From a virus: a DNA stretch of 64,000 nucleotides. Within the stretch, counting starts at the first letter, position 1. Each line of letters starts with the position of its first letter. The notes beneath the pieces were generated by a model. That model made no database searches. It worked only from the letters and a program-made list of their open reading frames with translations, and was not told the DNA's origin. Of the stretch, positions 39,493 to 49,136 are shown piece by piece. A program made the translations under genes and the position numbers. Location of the stretch: IMG/VR virus record IMGVR_UViG_3300017963_000220, positions 1-64,000 of that record; one strand, written 5' to 3'.

Positions 39493-40107
39493 ATGTCTGC
39501 GACTACACTCACAAGATTTGTCACCTACCTCGTAGTGGCTGTATCAGTTGTTCTATTAGGGAGCGACTGCGAGCCAGAGAGGCTGAACGCCCTAGACGAG
39601 GGGCTCGAGGTAAGGGACGGGTACGAGGTAGAGCCCTACGTACTGCCCTGGTCCATTACCGTTACCACAGAGGTAGATGACCCAGATTTCGGCTTTGATC
39701 GGAATCTGATCACTGAAGCAGTCGATTGGTGGAACGACACCATTGACAGGGATGGTACAGATAGGACGTGGTTCACTGAAGAGCCAGTCACAGAGCAAAA
39801 CGGTGTTCTACATGTCACTGTAGGATTCACTGGTGGTACTGAGGAGGAGCCTGTAGGTGGCCTACTCGAGGCAGCCTATAGTGAGGGGTTCATTCTATAC
39901 GCTACCCTTATTGTCTCTTCGGATTTGACGTATCATGAAGACACTGTACTGGCAATTCTCAAACACGAGATGGGTCACGCCATGGGCCTGGCCGATGACC
40001 CTGGACCGCCAACTACCGTAGACCTCAATTCAGTCATGGGCAGCCCGTTGGTCATAGATGGGGACCTGACGGACCATGACTTTGAGCTACTGATTGGTAG
40101 ACAGTAG
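39493..40107 (+). CDS. exported zinc metalloprotease (HExxHxxGxxD, snapalysin/M7-like)
   Basis: LKHEMGHAMGLADD. Hydrophobic N-terminus VTYLVVAVSVVLLGSDC. Confidence 0.65.
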   Translation: MSATTLTRFVTYLVVAVSVVLLGSDCEPERLNALDEGLEVRDGYEVEPYVLPWSITVTTEVDDPDFGFDRNLITEAVDWWNDTIDRDGTDRTWFTEEPVTEQNGVLHVTVGFTGGTEEEPVGGLLEAAYSEGFILYATLIVSSDLTYHEDTVLAILKHEMGHAMGLADDPGPPTTVDLNSVMGSPLVIDGDLTDHDFELLIGRQ

Positions 40108-40125
40108 CAAGGAAGGGCCGATAAG

Positions 40126-40923
40126 ATGGGACCAAAAACACCAATACCAATAGATACGCATATGGAGACGCCGAGTCTGGACTTCCACTACTGGGAGGAC
40201 AAGCAGCGTGTTCCAGTGGACGGTGATGAGTTTACCTATCAAGGTAGACACTACCGCCGAGACAACGAACAGTGGGTGCAGGTTGACACAGAGGCTTCGA
40301 TGGAGGTCTACATGTCGCCTCAGCCCATGATCCCGTTCCACCAGTACAAGCAGCTCGAGGAGAAGCTCGAGAAGGTAGTCCACCAGAAGAGCGCTTACGC
40401 TCGAGAGTATGGCGCTCTGAAACGCGCTGCCCAACACAACCTAAAGCTCTTAGAAAGGCTTCAAAGCGGAGCTGACGGTGATCCTCCTGGGTATGGTTCT
40501 GGCTTCGTTACAGAGGCCACTCATCGGCATATTGTGGCGGAAAAGGACGAGGATATCCTCAAGCTCCGTGACGATGTGTCGAGGCTTCAAGACAATAACG
40601 TTGCCTACATCAACGTCCTCAAAGAGGTCATTATTGTGTTGGATCTTTCGACGCACACACCTATTGTTGACATCCCCAAGTTTGTGGCTGAGCTGAAGGA
40701 GCGGGCAGACGAGGGCGATAAGGTCTACAGCGCGGGTGATATCAAGAAGGTAGAGATCTTTGACAGATCAGCAGTCTACAACAATATCCAGAATCTCATC
40801 TCCTGGATCAGGAACGCTCGGAAGTCTAGACCTTCTCAAGGATTGCAAACACATGATGTTGGTGAGATCGTCATTCGGCTCAGGGATATCCAGGATAAGG
40901 TATCTCCGGGAGGTGAGTCATGA
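40126..40923 (+). CDS. hypothetical coiled-coil protein
   Basis: ORF-track entry. Confidence 0.5.
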   Translation: MGPKTPIPIDTHMETPSLDFHYWEDKQRVPVDGDEFTYQGRHYRRDNEQWVQVDTEASMEVYMSPQPMIPFHQYKQLEEKLEKVVHQKSAYAREYGALKRAAQHNLKLLERLQSGADGDPPGYGSGFVTEATHRHIVAEKDEDILKLRDDVSRLQDNNVAYINVLKEVIIVLDLSTHTPIVDIPKFVAELKERADEGDKVYSAGDIKKVEIFDRSAVYNNIQNLISWIRNARKSRPSQGLQTHDVGEIVIRLRDIQDKVSPGGES

Positions 40924-41123
40924 AGGTAGTCATACATCTCGGCAAACCATACTCCCCTCCGGGGACCAAGTGTCTCTACTGTGGGAAGCCAGCAACTAGA
41001 ACAATGACCGGTGTGGAAGGTTCTATCACTCGAGACGGTGTGAAGGAAGGCTTCAAAGAGACAGGCACTACTGTTCACCTCTGTGATGACCACGGGATCA
41101 TCGTGAAAGAGGTGCTACTATGA
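40920..41123 (+). CDS. hypothetical small protein
   Basis: ATGA overlap. Contains CLYCGK. Confidence 0.45.
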   Translation: MKVVIHLGKPYSPPGTKCLYCGKPATRTMTGVEGSITRDGVKEGFKETGTTVHLCDDHGIIVKEVLL

Positions 41124-41488
41124 CAAACTTCGCGTGTAAAGGCCCTCATATCGACAAGGTAGTGTCCACTTTAGTCAAGGCTGTACTCTTGATGCTAGAC
41201 GACCGGATGAAACACATCGAGGAAGGCTCGGTACTGTGGGGAAAGCTGCACAAGGTAGAGCTGGACATCATCGACCTGACCGGTAAGGAGTCTGTGCATA
41301 GGTATGGGCCTAGTTACTGGAACGAGCGCCTATACGAGGCGAGTCGTGGTAGTAGTATCGACGACTTCCAGAAAGTCATGATTGAAGCCGTCTACTCATT
41401 GGATGAGGCAGCATACTCCCAGTTGAAGGCGTCTATTGACGACATCTCTTGGGCTAAGAAGGTTCTAGCGGCGCGGGAGGGGAAGTGA
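41120..41488 (+). CDS. hypothetical protein
   Basis: ATGA overlap. Confidence 0.5.
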   Translation: MTNFACKGPHIDKVVSTLVKAVLLMLDDRMKHIEEGSVLWGKLHKVELDIIDLTGKESVHRYGPSYWNERLYEASRGSSIDDFQKVMIEAVYSLDEAAYSQLKASIDDISWAKKVLAAREGK

Positions 41489-42327
41489 TGCTCAAGACAC
41501 AAAAACTGACCAAGGAGTTCATGGAGGCTTGTGACCTTCGGATGTCAGAGACACCTACTATTGTGCTCGACTACAAAAAGCTCCGCGCTTTAGTGAAAGA
41601 GGAGTATGAAGAGTTTGACCATGCCATGGTCAAGCTGTCCGGTTACTTGACCATGAATAATGATGCCAAGGCTACATGGTGTGATGTCATTGACGCCCTG
41701 TGTGATCTTGTAGTGGTCGTTCATAACACGAGCAATGCCATGGGTGTGGACCTCGAGCCATTCTTTGATGAGGTCCACCGCGCCAATATGACTAAGGTAG
41801 GTGGGCCTAAGCGTGAGGACGGCAAACAGCTCAAGCCTAAAGGGTGGACACCTCCAGACCATCTGGCGATTCTGGATATGATCCAGTGTATTCATATAGA
41901 CGGGCAATACGCGATGGTCGTGGCTTCGCGACAGCCTGAATTGAGGAGATGCCACGCTGAGACGCTGAATGGTCAGCGCTGTGTGAAACCTATGGGACAC
42001 AACGAGAATCATGTGTACGAATCCTGCGAATGGTTCAAAGCTCCCAACACCAGTATCTTTGAAGAACTCGCTGCTAACACTGGGAAGCTCGTCACAGAGA
42101 AGAACCGAGCCTATGGTGATTCCGTGAGGAACTCAGCCAAGATCATGCAGCTTCTCTACCCCAACGGTATAGCGTTTGACCAGATACCTGGAGCGCTCGT
42201 GACAGTACGGATCATCGACAAGCTATCACGCATAGCTAACGACCCGAAGTACGGAGGCGAGGACCCAGCTCAGGACATCACCGGCTATGGGCTTCTCTTG
42301 CAAGAGCTGATCAAGAACGGGTTGTGA
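41485..42327 (+). CDS. MazG-like NTP pyrophosphohydrolase, two-domain (tentative)
   Basis: EEYEEFDHA...DALCDLVVV (MazG-type EExxE/D helices). C-terminal KNRAYGDS...IIDKLSRI module. Confidence 0.45.
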   Translation: MMLKTQKLTKEFMEACDLRMSETPTIVLDYKKLRALVKEEYEEFDHAMVKLSGYLTMNNDAKATWCDVIDALCDLVVVVHNTSNAMGVDLEPFFDEVHRANMTKVGGPKREDGKQLKPKGWTPPDHLAILDMIQCIHIDGQYAMVVASRQPELRRCHAETLNGQRCVKPMGHNENHVYESCEWFKAPNTSIFEELAANTGKLVTEKNRAYGDSVRNSAKIMQLLYPNGIAFDQIPGALVTVRIIDKLSRIANDPKYGGEDPAQDITGYGLLLQELIKNGL

Positions 42328-42328
42328 C

Positions 42329-42664
42329 ATGTTACTTGTAACAGTCACACCTATAGCCGAGAAAGAACTGAAAAAGCTGAAAAACCGTCGTGATTGGTAT
42401 AAATCGGTTTGTCATCATTGGGACCATGTGTTTTGGCAACGTCTAGCTGACTACACACAAATTGACCCTAGATGGTTGTATAGACGAGGTATCAAGTACC
42501 GATATCCACATGGTAGGCAAGGTGGTGTAGCTCCACCTTTGTCTATACCTGAGTTAGTGGTTGAGCTTATCACACCAGGTAATAAGGACAGACATGGTTT
42601 ACGCGATGACCTACCTTTGTTCACAGCAATAGGTTGGGTAGAGGGTGACTACTGTGGTCTATAG
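42329..42664 (+). CDS. hypothetical protein
   Basis: ORF-track entry. Confidence 0.45.
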   Translation: MLLVTVTPIAEKELKKLKNRRDWYKSVCHHWDHVFWQRLADYTQIDPRWLYRRGIKYRYPHGRQGGVAPPLSIPELVVELITPGNKDRHGLRDDLPLFTAIGWVEGDYCGL

Positions 42665-42680
42665 AACACCGGGGAGAGAA

Positions 42681-42953
42681 ATGGACAAGGAACTAAAGAT
42701 TCAGTTGAGTGCAAGAGAGTTGGTGATGTTGGCTTACAAAGCTTCTCCTCAAATGTTCGAGTCATTCAAACCTGACGACGTTAGTTGCACTCGTGTTGTC
42801 GAAAAGAAGACTTCTGTACAAATGTGTCTATTGACAGATCACATAGTAGTGGAAGTCCACCTGCTTCGTGAAGATCTTGGAGTGTTTGAAGGCACAAAAA
42901 GGGTAAAACCTACAGAAATACCGCCGCCAGGTGTCAAGCATTCTATTGGTTGA
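42681..42953 (+). CDS. hypothetical protein
   Basis: ORF 42645.. trimmed to ATG42681 after GGGGAGAG. Confidence 0.45.
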   Translation: MDKELKIQLSARELVMLAYKASPQMFESFKPDDVSCTRVVEKKTSVQMCLLTDHIVVEVHLLREDLGVFEGTKRVKPTEIPPPGVKHSIG

Positions 42954-42983
42954 TCTAACTCAGATCAAAGAAAGGGCTAAAAG

Positions 42984-43832
42984 ATGGGTAATCATAGGCA
43001 AGGTCAGACGACCAAGGAAGACCCCTACAACGACCTAACGGTACCAGGAGTACCACAACCACACTTGTCCACGAATGACGTGGCAATATTCGTTCCTGAG
43101 TACAACTCGCCGGGTAAGCGTGACGCTACTGGGGCGTTTCATCTTGGGGCTGCACAGTTCTGTGAGTTCTACAACTTGGATGACGAGAAGTGTGTCCACT
43201 TCATCGACAACACCATGTCACCAGCTCTCAGGGCAAGACAGCTACTCGCTAAGATGGGACGCTGTGTCTACAGGAACGAGGAAACCCAAGAAGACATGTA
43301 TCCGCAGGTATACGTCTTCTTCTGTCATGGATTTATCAACGGGATTCAGTTCGGTATCAAGTCGAACACACCAGGCAGGGTGTGGAACACCCAGATGAAA
43401 CACGACTGGAAGGAATTCGTCCGACTGATAGGCCGTCACGTTGCTCCCATCGTGTTACTGTACGCCTGTTCGACTGGCGATGATCCCGATGACGACCCAG
43501 ACACCGCGCCAGGCTCCGGGGATGACAGCTTCGGAGACCTGCTGAGAGATGATCTGTGTCAGATCGGTTGTTGGTTCAACCGCGTCGTGACACATACCAC
43601 AGCGAGGCACTCCTGGTACAATCCAGACATCAAGCTCATGGACGGTCTGGGCTCTCCGATAGGCGGGCAGGGCGGACTACAAGTAGCCGCCTCAGGTACC
43701 AAAGCCTATCGTGAGCTGGGGAAGATGCTGAAGGTAAAGCCTGGTAAATCAGACTATGGCTTCGCCTGGCGTTTCCCGTTTATGACCATAGCAGATATCC
43801 ACCAGGAGATCGCTATACGCCTCGCTGTTTAG
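42984..43832 (+). CDS. hypothetical protein with caspase-like His/Cys dyad pattern
   Basis: VYVFFCHG, then ~55 aa, then IVLLYACSTGDD. Each catalytic-type residue follows a hydrophobic strand. Confidence 0.4.
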   Translation: MGNHRQGQTTKEDPYNDLTVPGVPQPHLSTNDVAIFVPEYNSPGKRDATGAFHLGAAQFCEFYNLDDEKCVHFIDNTMSPALRARQLLAKMGRCVYRNEETQEDMYPQVYVFFCHGFINGIQFGIKSNTPGRVWNTQMKHDWKEFVRLIGRHVAPIVLLYACSTGDDPDDDPDTAPGSGDDSFGDLLRDDLCQIGCWFNRVVTHTTARHSWYNPDIKLMDGLGSPIGGQGGLQVAASGTKAYRELGKMLKVKPGKSDYGFAWRFPFMTIADIHQEIAIRLAV

Positions 43833-43845
43833 TGAAGGAGAGGAG

Positions 43846-44949
43846 ATGGCAGTTCAGATACGAAACCTTCGGATCGGTAAGAGTAGTGATGGGAACTACA
43901 CGTTCTACGACTACGCAAACATGATCTTCAAAGAGTTGTTCCGAGCAGGAAAGTGGGAGACGGACACCTACACGGCGAACAACACAGAGTATGAGAACAA
44001 CGTCGAGATCACCGCCTCCGACTTTGCGGTGAGCGACTCCACTCCGGGGATCGTAACAAGAGTCGCGGGAGGACTGACCGGGAAGGCGGGGAAGTACATT
44101 ACGCTTATGTCGTCGGTGAACGACATCAACAGAGGTGTGTTCTACATCGACTATGTGATCGACGATTACACAATGCGCGTCGAGAACCCTCCGCCCCCAG
44201 GATGGACGACGGAGACTGGCATCTCTGGTCGTCTATTCAGTGACGGTCGAACCGATCCCATAGCTGACAATAACTACGCCCGTTGCATCCCTCCGAGCGG
44301 TAATCAGGCTATCTCGTTTACGTCGAACAACGGCTACGGTCATTACCTCTATGCCTATCCTGACGGCTATCCAGGTGGAACTCACACAGGAGGGTTTACG
44401 ACTTTCGGGGTCGGATACACGGTCCACGAAATGCAAATGAACGCCTACTTCGACGGACCGAACGGATGGCTTCTCGGTAACATAGACTCCGTGCATTGGA
44501 TTCTATATGTCTTCGGTGAACTTGAGGGCGTTGGGGCGGGGGACACCTATCCAGGTTTCGTTTTGCAGTGTTCCGACCTCGACATTACGGGAGATGATCA
44601 GATTCGCGATCAACCTCTGAATATGTTGGACGAGTTACTGACGAATTGTGACTTTCAAATGGCCCTGTACAATAACGGGACACAGACTTTAGCCGTGAGT
44701 GGTCCGAATGTAGAGCAGCTTCAAAAGCGGAACTTCCAGGGGAAAGCGAAGCTAGAGAAGATTTGGGCCTACTCGGGAGCAACGGGATCTGGAGGTTATC
44801 CTCGCGGAAAGATCCCCCATATCCGGATGACCAATCGACATTGGGAGAAGTGGCGAGCTATGAGCAGTTCCTATGATTGGTTCCATCTCGCCGCTGGAAT
44901 TTGTCTACCTATGATGGGTGCCAATGACATCCTTCCGAGACCGAGATAA
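43846..44949 (+). CDS. hypothetical structural-module protein (paralog of the next ORF)
   Basis: AGGAGAGGAG upstream. Shares its N- and C-terminal motifs with 44962..46620. Confidence 0.6.
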   Translation: MAVQIRNLRIGKSSDGNYTFYDYANMIFKELFRAGKWETDTYTANNTEYENNVEITASDFAVSDSTPGIVTRVAGGLTGKAGKYITLMSSVNDINRGVFYIDYVIDDYTMRVENPPPPGWTTETGISGRLFSDGRTDPIADNNYARCIPPSGNQAISFTSNNGYGHYLYAYPDGYPGGTHTGGFTTFGVGYTVHEMQMNAYFDGPNGWLLGNIDSVHWILYVFGELEGVGAGDTYPGFVLQCSDLDITGDDQIRDQPLNMLDELLTNCDFQMALYNNGTQTLAVSGPNVEQLQKRNFQGKAKLEKIWAYSGATGSGGYPRGKIPHIRMTNRHWEKWRAMSSSYDWFHLAAGICLPMMGANDILPRPR

Positions 44950-44961
44950 GGAGCTGATGAA

Positions 44962-46620
44962 ATGTCACTGCACTACATACGAGACGCTCAAACACCGGCG
45001 GCAACGACTAACGGAAGTTATGACTACTCTCTGATGCTCGCGATCCCGCTTCTCTATCACGTCCTTCGTTGCATGGGCTGGACTCGCCTCTATGAGGGGA
45101 TGGGCTACAACAATGCTTATAACTATCCAGCCGACGCCGACATGGAGGAAGATGGGACTACAGACTGGACAGCGGTTGGAACAGCAACACTCGCGAAAGA
45201 TACAACAATAAAGTATCAAAGAAACCAATCGCTCAAGGTGACCTCAAATGCTTCTGGGGATGGTGTTGAAAGTGACACCTGGGACGCCCCCGCGGACACT
45301 GCGGCGACCTTCTACTTGAAACTTCGAGCGTACAACGACTCCGGGTCGAGCTGGGATGTTCAGGTCGACAACGGAGGGGGTTATGCTTCCGTCGGAAGTA
45401 TCCCAGACAATAGTGGGGTTTGGACCGAGTACGAGTTCAGCTATACTCGTAGCGCGACCGCAAATAACAAGTTCAAGGTGTTGGACGATAACAACACCCA
45501 GGGGATCATCTACCTCGACGACGTTCAGACATACCGACAGTGTTTCGAGCATAGCGCCTATGAGAACGGAACCGACGGCGACGTCGTGAACGGCGACGAG
45601 TTCGAGTCGAGTGGTTACACTTTTGACTCCGGAGATGTCGGACACTTCCTCTGCTTCTACGACCCAACGAATCCCGAAAACACTGGCGGATACAAGATCA
45701 CCTCGATCAACGCTGGGAATGCCGTTCTTGACCTCCGAGTTGGCGGGAGTGAGACGCTGACGAACACGACGTCACAAGACTTGGTGTGGAGGATCTACGA
45801 TCCAAATCTGTGCCCTGTCTTCTCGAACACTTCGGATGAAGATTACAGCGCGTTCCATCGTTCGCGGGTCTACCTCGAATCGCCGCATTCGTCGAAGTGG
45901 CGGCTTGGTCTTCAGGTTTACAAGACAAGCTATAATGTCCAAACATACGGTCTTATTTATGGCTCGCCGAATGACAATGTTCCTTACAACCGTGCAGGAT
46001 TCCCGACCTACGAAGGCGGACCAAGCACTGCTGATTTCACGTACCGCTACATACACACACCGAATTCGAGTAACACGAGGACTCCGCGAGTCTACGCGAT
46101 GATCGCGGGAGACGGATCATTTGTGAGCTTTGGAATGAGGCACAACGAGATTTCTACGTACCTCTATCCGTATTGTGTGGTTGGGTATTTCAGCGACGAC
46201 ACAGAATACACAGAGCAGGAGAGGTTCGCGTGGCTGGCTCCGGGGTCCGTCGCAGCGGAGAACGGAACACTCGATGTCGAGGGAGGATCAAGCTTTGGAA
46301 ACGGAAAGATCTGCACCGATTCAGACAAGGTTGTGGACTGCTCTCTCGCCGTACTCAATACACATTCGTACATAATGAACCAGGATACTGACAATAGAGC
46401 TAACCCGTTCTCCTCTGAAGAGTGGGTGGTCCCGGTTGTAGTTGTGCGTGACCCTGGGGGTGATGATTACAAGTACGGTGAAATCGAAATGGACCGGGAG
46501 AGTGGGTTCTTCTGGACCAGGGACAACATGAACCAGTATTCAACATTCGACTCGGAAACCTACTTCCATCTATGCAATGGACTTGTATGGCCATGGAATG
46601 GGTTCTCCGTGATAGCTTAG
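44962..46620 (+). CDS. hypothetical structural-module protein with inserted CBM-like segment
   Basis: C-terminus YFHLCNGLVWPWNG versus WFHLAAGICLPMMG in the upstream ORF. Confidence 0.6.
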   Translation: MSLHYIRDAQTPAATTNGSYDYSLMLAIPLLYHVLRCMGWTRLYEGMGYNNAYNYPADADMEEDGTTDWTAVGTATLAKDTTIKYQRNQSLKVTSNASGDGVESDTWDAPADTAATFYLKLRAYNDSGSSWDVQVDNGGGYASVGSIPDNSGVWTEYEFSYTRSATANNKFKVLDDNNTQGIIYLDDVQTYRQCFEHSAYENGTDGDVVNGDEFESSGYTFDSGDVGHFLCFYDPTNPENTGGYKITSINAGNAVLDLRVGGSETLTNTTSQDLVWRIYDPNLCPVFSNTSDEDYSAFHRSRVYLESPHSSKWRLGLQVYKTSYNVQTYGLIYGSPNDNVPYNRAGFPTYEGGPSTADFTYRYIHTPNSSNTRTPRVYAMIAGDGSFVSFGMRHNEISTYLYPYCVVGYFSDDTEYTEQERFAWLAPGSVAAENGTLDVEGGSSFGNGKICTDSDKVVDCSLAVLNTHSYIMNQDTDNRANPFSSEEWVVPVVVVRDPGGDDYKYGEIEMDRESGFFWTRDNMNQYSTFDSETYFHLCNGLVWPWNGFSVIA

Positions 46621-46629
46621 GAGGGAGCT

Positions 46630-46875
46630 GTGGAGCTTTGCTTCTATCAAAGAACAGCTAACGCGCCGAGACCAACACGAGACACTGAGGGAGCGATTAC
46701 ATCAACTGGTGTGCTCGGAGAGCTGGTGAGCGAGGAAAGTACCTACGTTACGGAGGATATCGTATCTACCTACAGTGACAGGACGGTCTCTGACCTTGCT
46801 GTTGGGGAGTTCATAACGGTGGAGCTTAGTTACGACGGTGATGTCATAGTCTGCGACCTGTATAGGGTGAGCTAG
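46630..46875 (+). CDS. hypothetical protein
   Basis: GTG start after GGAGGGAG. Confidence 0.4.
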   Translation: MELCFYQRTANAPRPTRDTEGAITSTGVLGELVSEESTYVTEDIVSTYSDRTVSDLAVGEFITVELSYDGDVIVCDLYRVS

Positions 46876-46876
46876 T

Positions 46877-47203
46877 ATGAGTGTATACACAGCTACACCG
46901 GATTATGGGTTGGCGACACCTTTAGACTTCGCCGGAGCAACTACTACACCTGATTACTCCTTAGTAACCCCGCTTCAACTAGACGCTTTAGAGGCTGATC
47001 CGCTCTACGACTTGTTATCCCCATATGGTGAGGGTGTTGCCATCCTGTTCCTGAACACGGTCTACGATACAGATCGTTCAGAATGGGTAACGTGGGCCAC
47101 AAATGGTGCCTATGACGACACTGGGACGTCCTATCCGTACTCTGTTGGGGATTGGAAGGCTGACTCTTACGCACACGTGGGCCGTTTCTACACGGCTGAG
47201 TAA
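46877..47203 (+). CDS. hypothetical protein
   Basis: ORF-track entry. Confidence 0.5.
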   Translation: MSVYTATPDYGLATPLDFAGATTTPDYSLVTPLQLDALEADPLYDLLSPYGEGVAILFLNTVYDTDRSEWVTWATNGAYDDTGTSYPYSVGDWKADSYAHVGRFYTAE

Positions 47204-47229
47204 TCTGAATCAGATCAAAGGGAGGAACG

Positions 47230-49128
47230 ATGAGTAGGAAAGCCCTCAATGCAGTACCGGAGGGCGCTCGAGCTAGGCCAGGTAACACAGGTCTAGCGGA
47301 CAGGGCCGCTTTCCGCAAGAACATCGGAGATTGGGCGCTACCGTCCTTGTGGGCCATGTCATTCAGACATCTCAAGGGTAGACCTATGCAGTTCTACTCG
47401 AAGAAAGATCCGTTCTTTCATCGCCCGTGGCAGGTAGCGCCTACTGACGACATGTCTCCTACTCTGGTGATCCAGAAGGGTCGTCAGATGGGTTTCACAG
47501 AAATATTCATCACCAGCATGGTCTACATGTCCACGCTGGTTCGATGTCGAACCATCTACACAATGCCTAAGGAACGTAAGGCTGAGGAGATAGCTCGTAC
47601 CAGGATTATGCCTGTAGGCGAGCCACATCATCCTGACGCCTTTCATGGTGAGGTACTCGACCGTCTTCAGAACGGTTGGAGATACGTCATGCACAAGGCT
47701 ATCTTTCCTAAGAGCGGCGGTGGTAGGTCTGAAATCCTCATCTCCGGGTCATTCAACGAAGACCTGGGTGAGTCTACCGCTGCTGATAGGGTATTCTTAG
47801 ACGAGTACGACAGAATGAAGCCTGGGGTTATCTCAGCCTTCCGTGAGTGCCTGTCCTCTTCTCGCCTAAAACACCTTCGGGTGTTCTCTACGCCAACGTT
47901 TCCCAAGGTAGGTGTTGATGGGCAATATAGGAACAGTGACAAACGCCATTGGACCTACAAGTGTCCTAAGTGTGGTCACTGGCAATTCCTGACGCGAGAG
48001 AATCTAGTCCAGCGGAAGGGTAACACGTCTCTCATTCAGAGACTCGAGGCGCACGATGAGTCAGCTAACGTCCCAGATGGGACCTTCGCGATAGCTTGTC
48101 TGAAGTGTGGTAATGACCTGGACCGTTGGAACGCAAAGTGTGAGTGGGTAGCTGAGACTGATCAGGGTGAGATCAGGGGATACAAGGCCAGTCAGCTAGA
48201 CTGCGTTTGGATCTCGGCTGACGACATAATGAGGAAACTCCGTGAGTACAAGCCTATCGGCAAATGGTTCAATTATGTACTGGCTGAAGGCTATCTCGGC
48301 GACGCTGGGAGACTTGCTGAAAACTTCATCTATCAACTCGTCCGTCCAGATCTCCATTTTCCCAACTACCAATCTTTCATCAAACAACATCCTGATGGCA
48401 AAGTAGTAATCGGTATTGACTGGGGTAAGACGAACTGGGCTATGGTCCTAGGGATCACTAATGACTACCAGCATCCTGTACTACTCGAGCCGTTCATGTT
48501 CTTGGATACCGATGATCCAGAAGACACAGTGAATGCCATGGTAGACCTGGCGAAGCGGTGGAAAGCTACAGTCGTGGTCGCTGACTACGGCTATGGCCAA
48601 GATCGCAATCCAAAGCTCTATCAGCGTCTCCCGTGTCAGTTCTGGTGTTGTCTCTACCCAACAGTCAACTCTGCGCAGTCTACCAGTGAGCCCCTCTTCG
48701 GCCCGTCAACCCTCGGGTCTACGATGAGGGCTTCACAGCATCCATACCCACTGGTGAAAATCGGTAGGGCTCCATCGATCAAGGAACGAATCATTGGGCT
48801 CTTTGCTCAACAACTGATAATCCCGAAGTTGAGCGCCTTGGAACAGAACCTCGACGTGTTAGATATGCACTTCAGAAATGTCGCCATCGTTCTACACGAG
48901 CTGGCTGACGGCACTAACATTGAGGTAGCTGAAACGACTGGACCAGACCATTATCTACACTGTTACAACTACGCGATGATCGCAATCAAGTGGCTGGTTA
49001 CTCATGACTTGAAGGTACTCGAGCTTGACCAGCCTAATTCAGTCAGAGACCCCCGTAAAGCAGGGGGGAGTATAGGCGTTCCAGCGTTCGATGACGTGGT
49101 GGATGCCCTAGACATTTTGGATTACTAG
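47230..49128 (+). CDS. terL: terminase large subunit (GpA-like)
   Basis: Walker A-like IQKGRQMGFTE, Walker B RVFLDEYD, CPKCGHW zinc motif. C-terminal nuclease-like VVIGIDWG...VVVADYGYG. Confidence 0.8.
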   Translation: MSRKALNAVPEGARARPGNTGLADRAAFRKNIGDWALPSLWAMSFRHLKGRPMQFYSKKDPFFHRPWQVAPTDDMSPTLVIQKGRQMGFTEIFITSMVYMSTLVRCRTIYTMPKERKAEEIARTRIMPVGEPHHPDAFHGEVLDRLQNGWRYVMHKAIFPKSGGGRSEILISGSFNEDLGESTAADRVFLDEYDRMKPGVISAFRECLSSSRLKHLRVFSTPTFPKVGVDGQYRNSDKRHWTYKCPKCGHWQFLTRENLVQRKGNTSLIQRLEAHDESANVPDGTFAIACLKCGNDLDRWNAKCEWVAETDQGEIRGYKASQLDCVWISADDIMRKLREYKPIGKWFNYVLAEGYLGDAGRLAENFIYQLVRPDLHFPNYQSFIKQHPDGKVVIGIDWGKTNWAMVLGITNDYQHPVLLEPFMFLDTDDPEDTVNAMVDLAKRWKATVVVADYGYGQDRNPKLYQRLPCQFWCCLYPTVNSAQSTSEPLFGPSTLGSTMRASQHPYPLVKIGRAPSIKERIIGLFAQQLIIPKLSALEQNLDVLDMHFRNVAIVLHELADGTNIEVAETTGPDHYLHCYNYAMIAIKWLVTHDLKVLELDQPNSVRDPRKAGGSIGVPAFDDVVDALDILDY

Positions 49129-49136
49129 GAGGTAAC

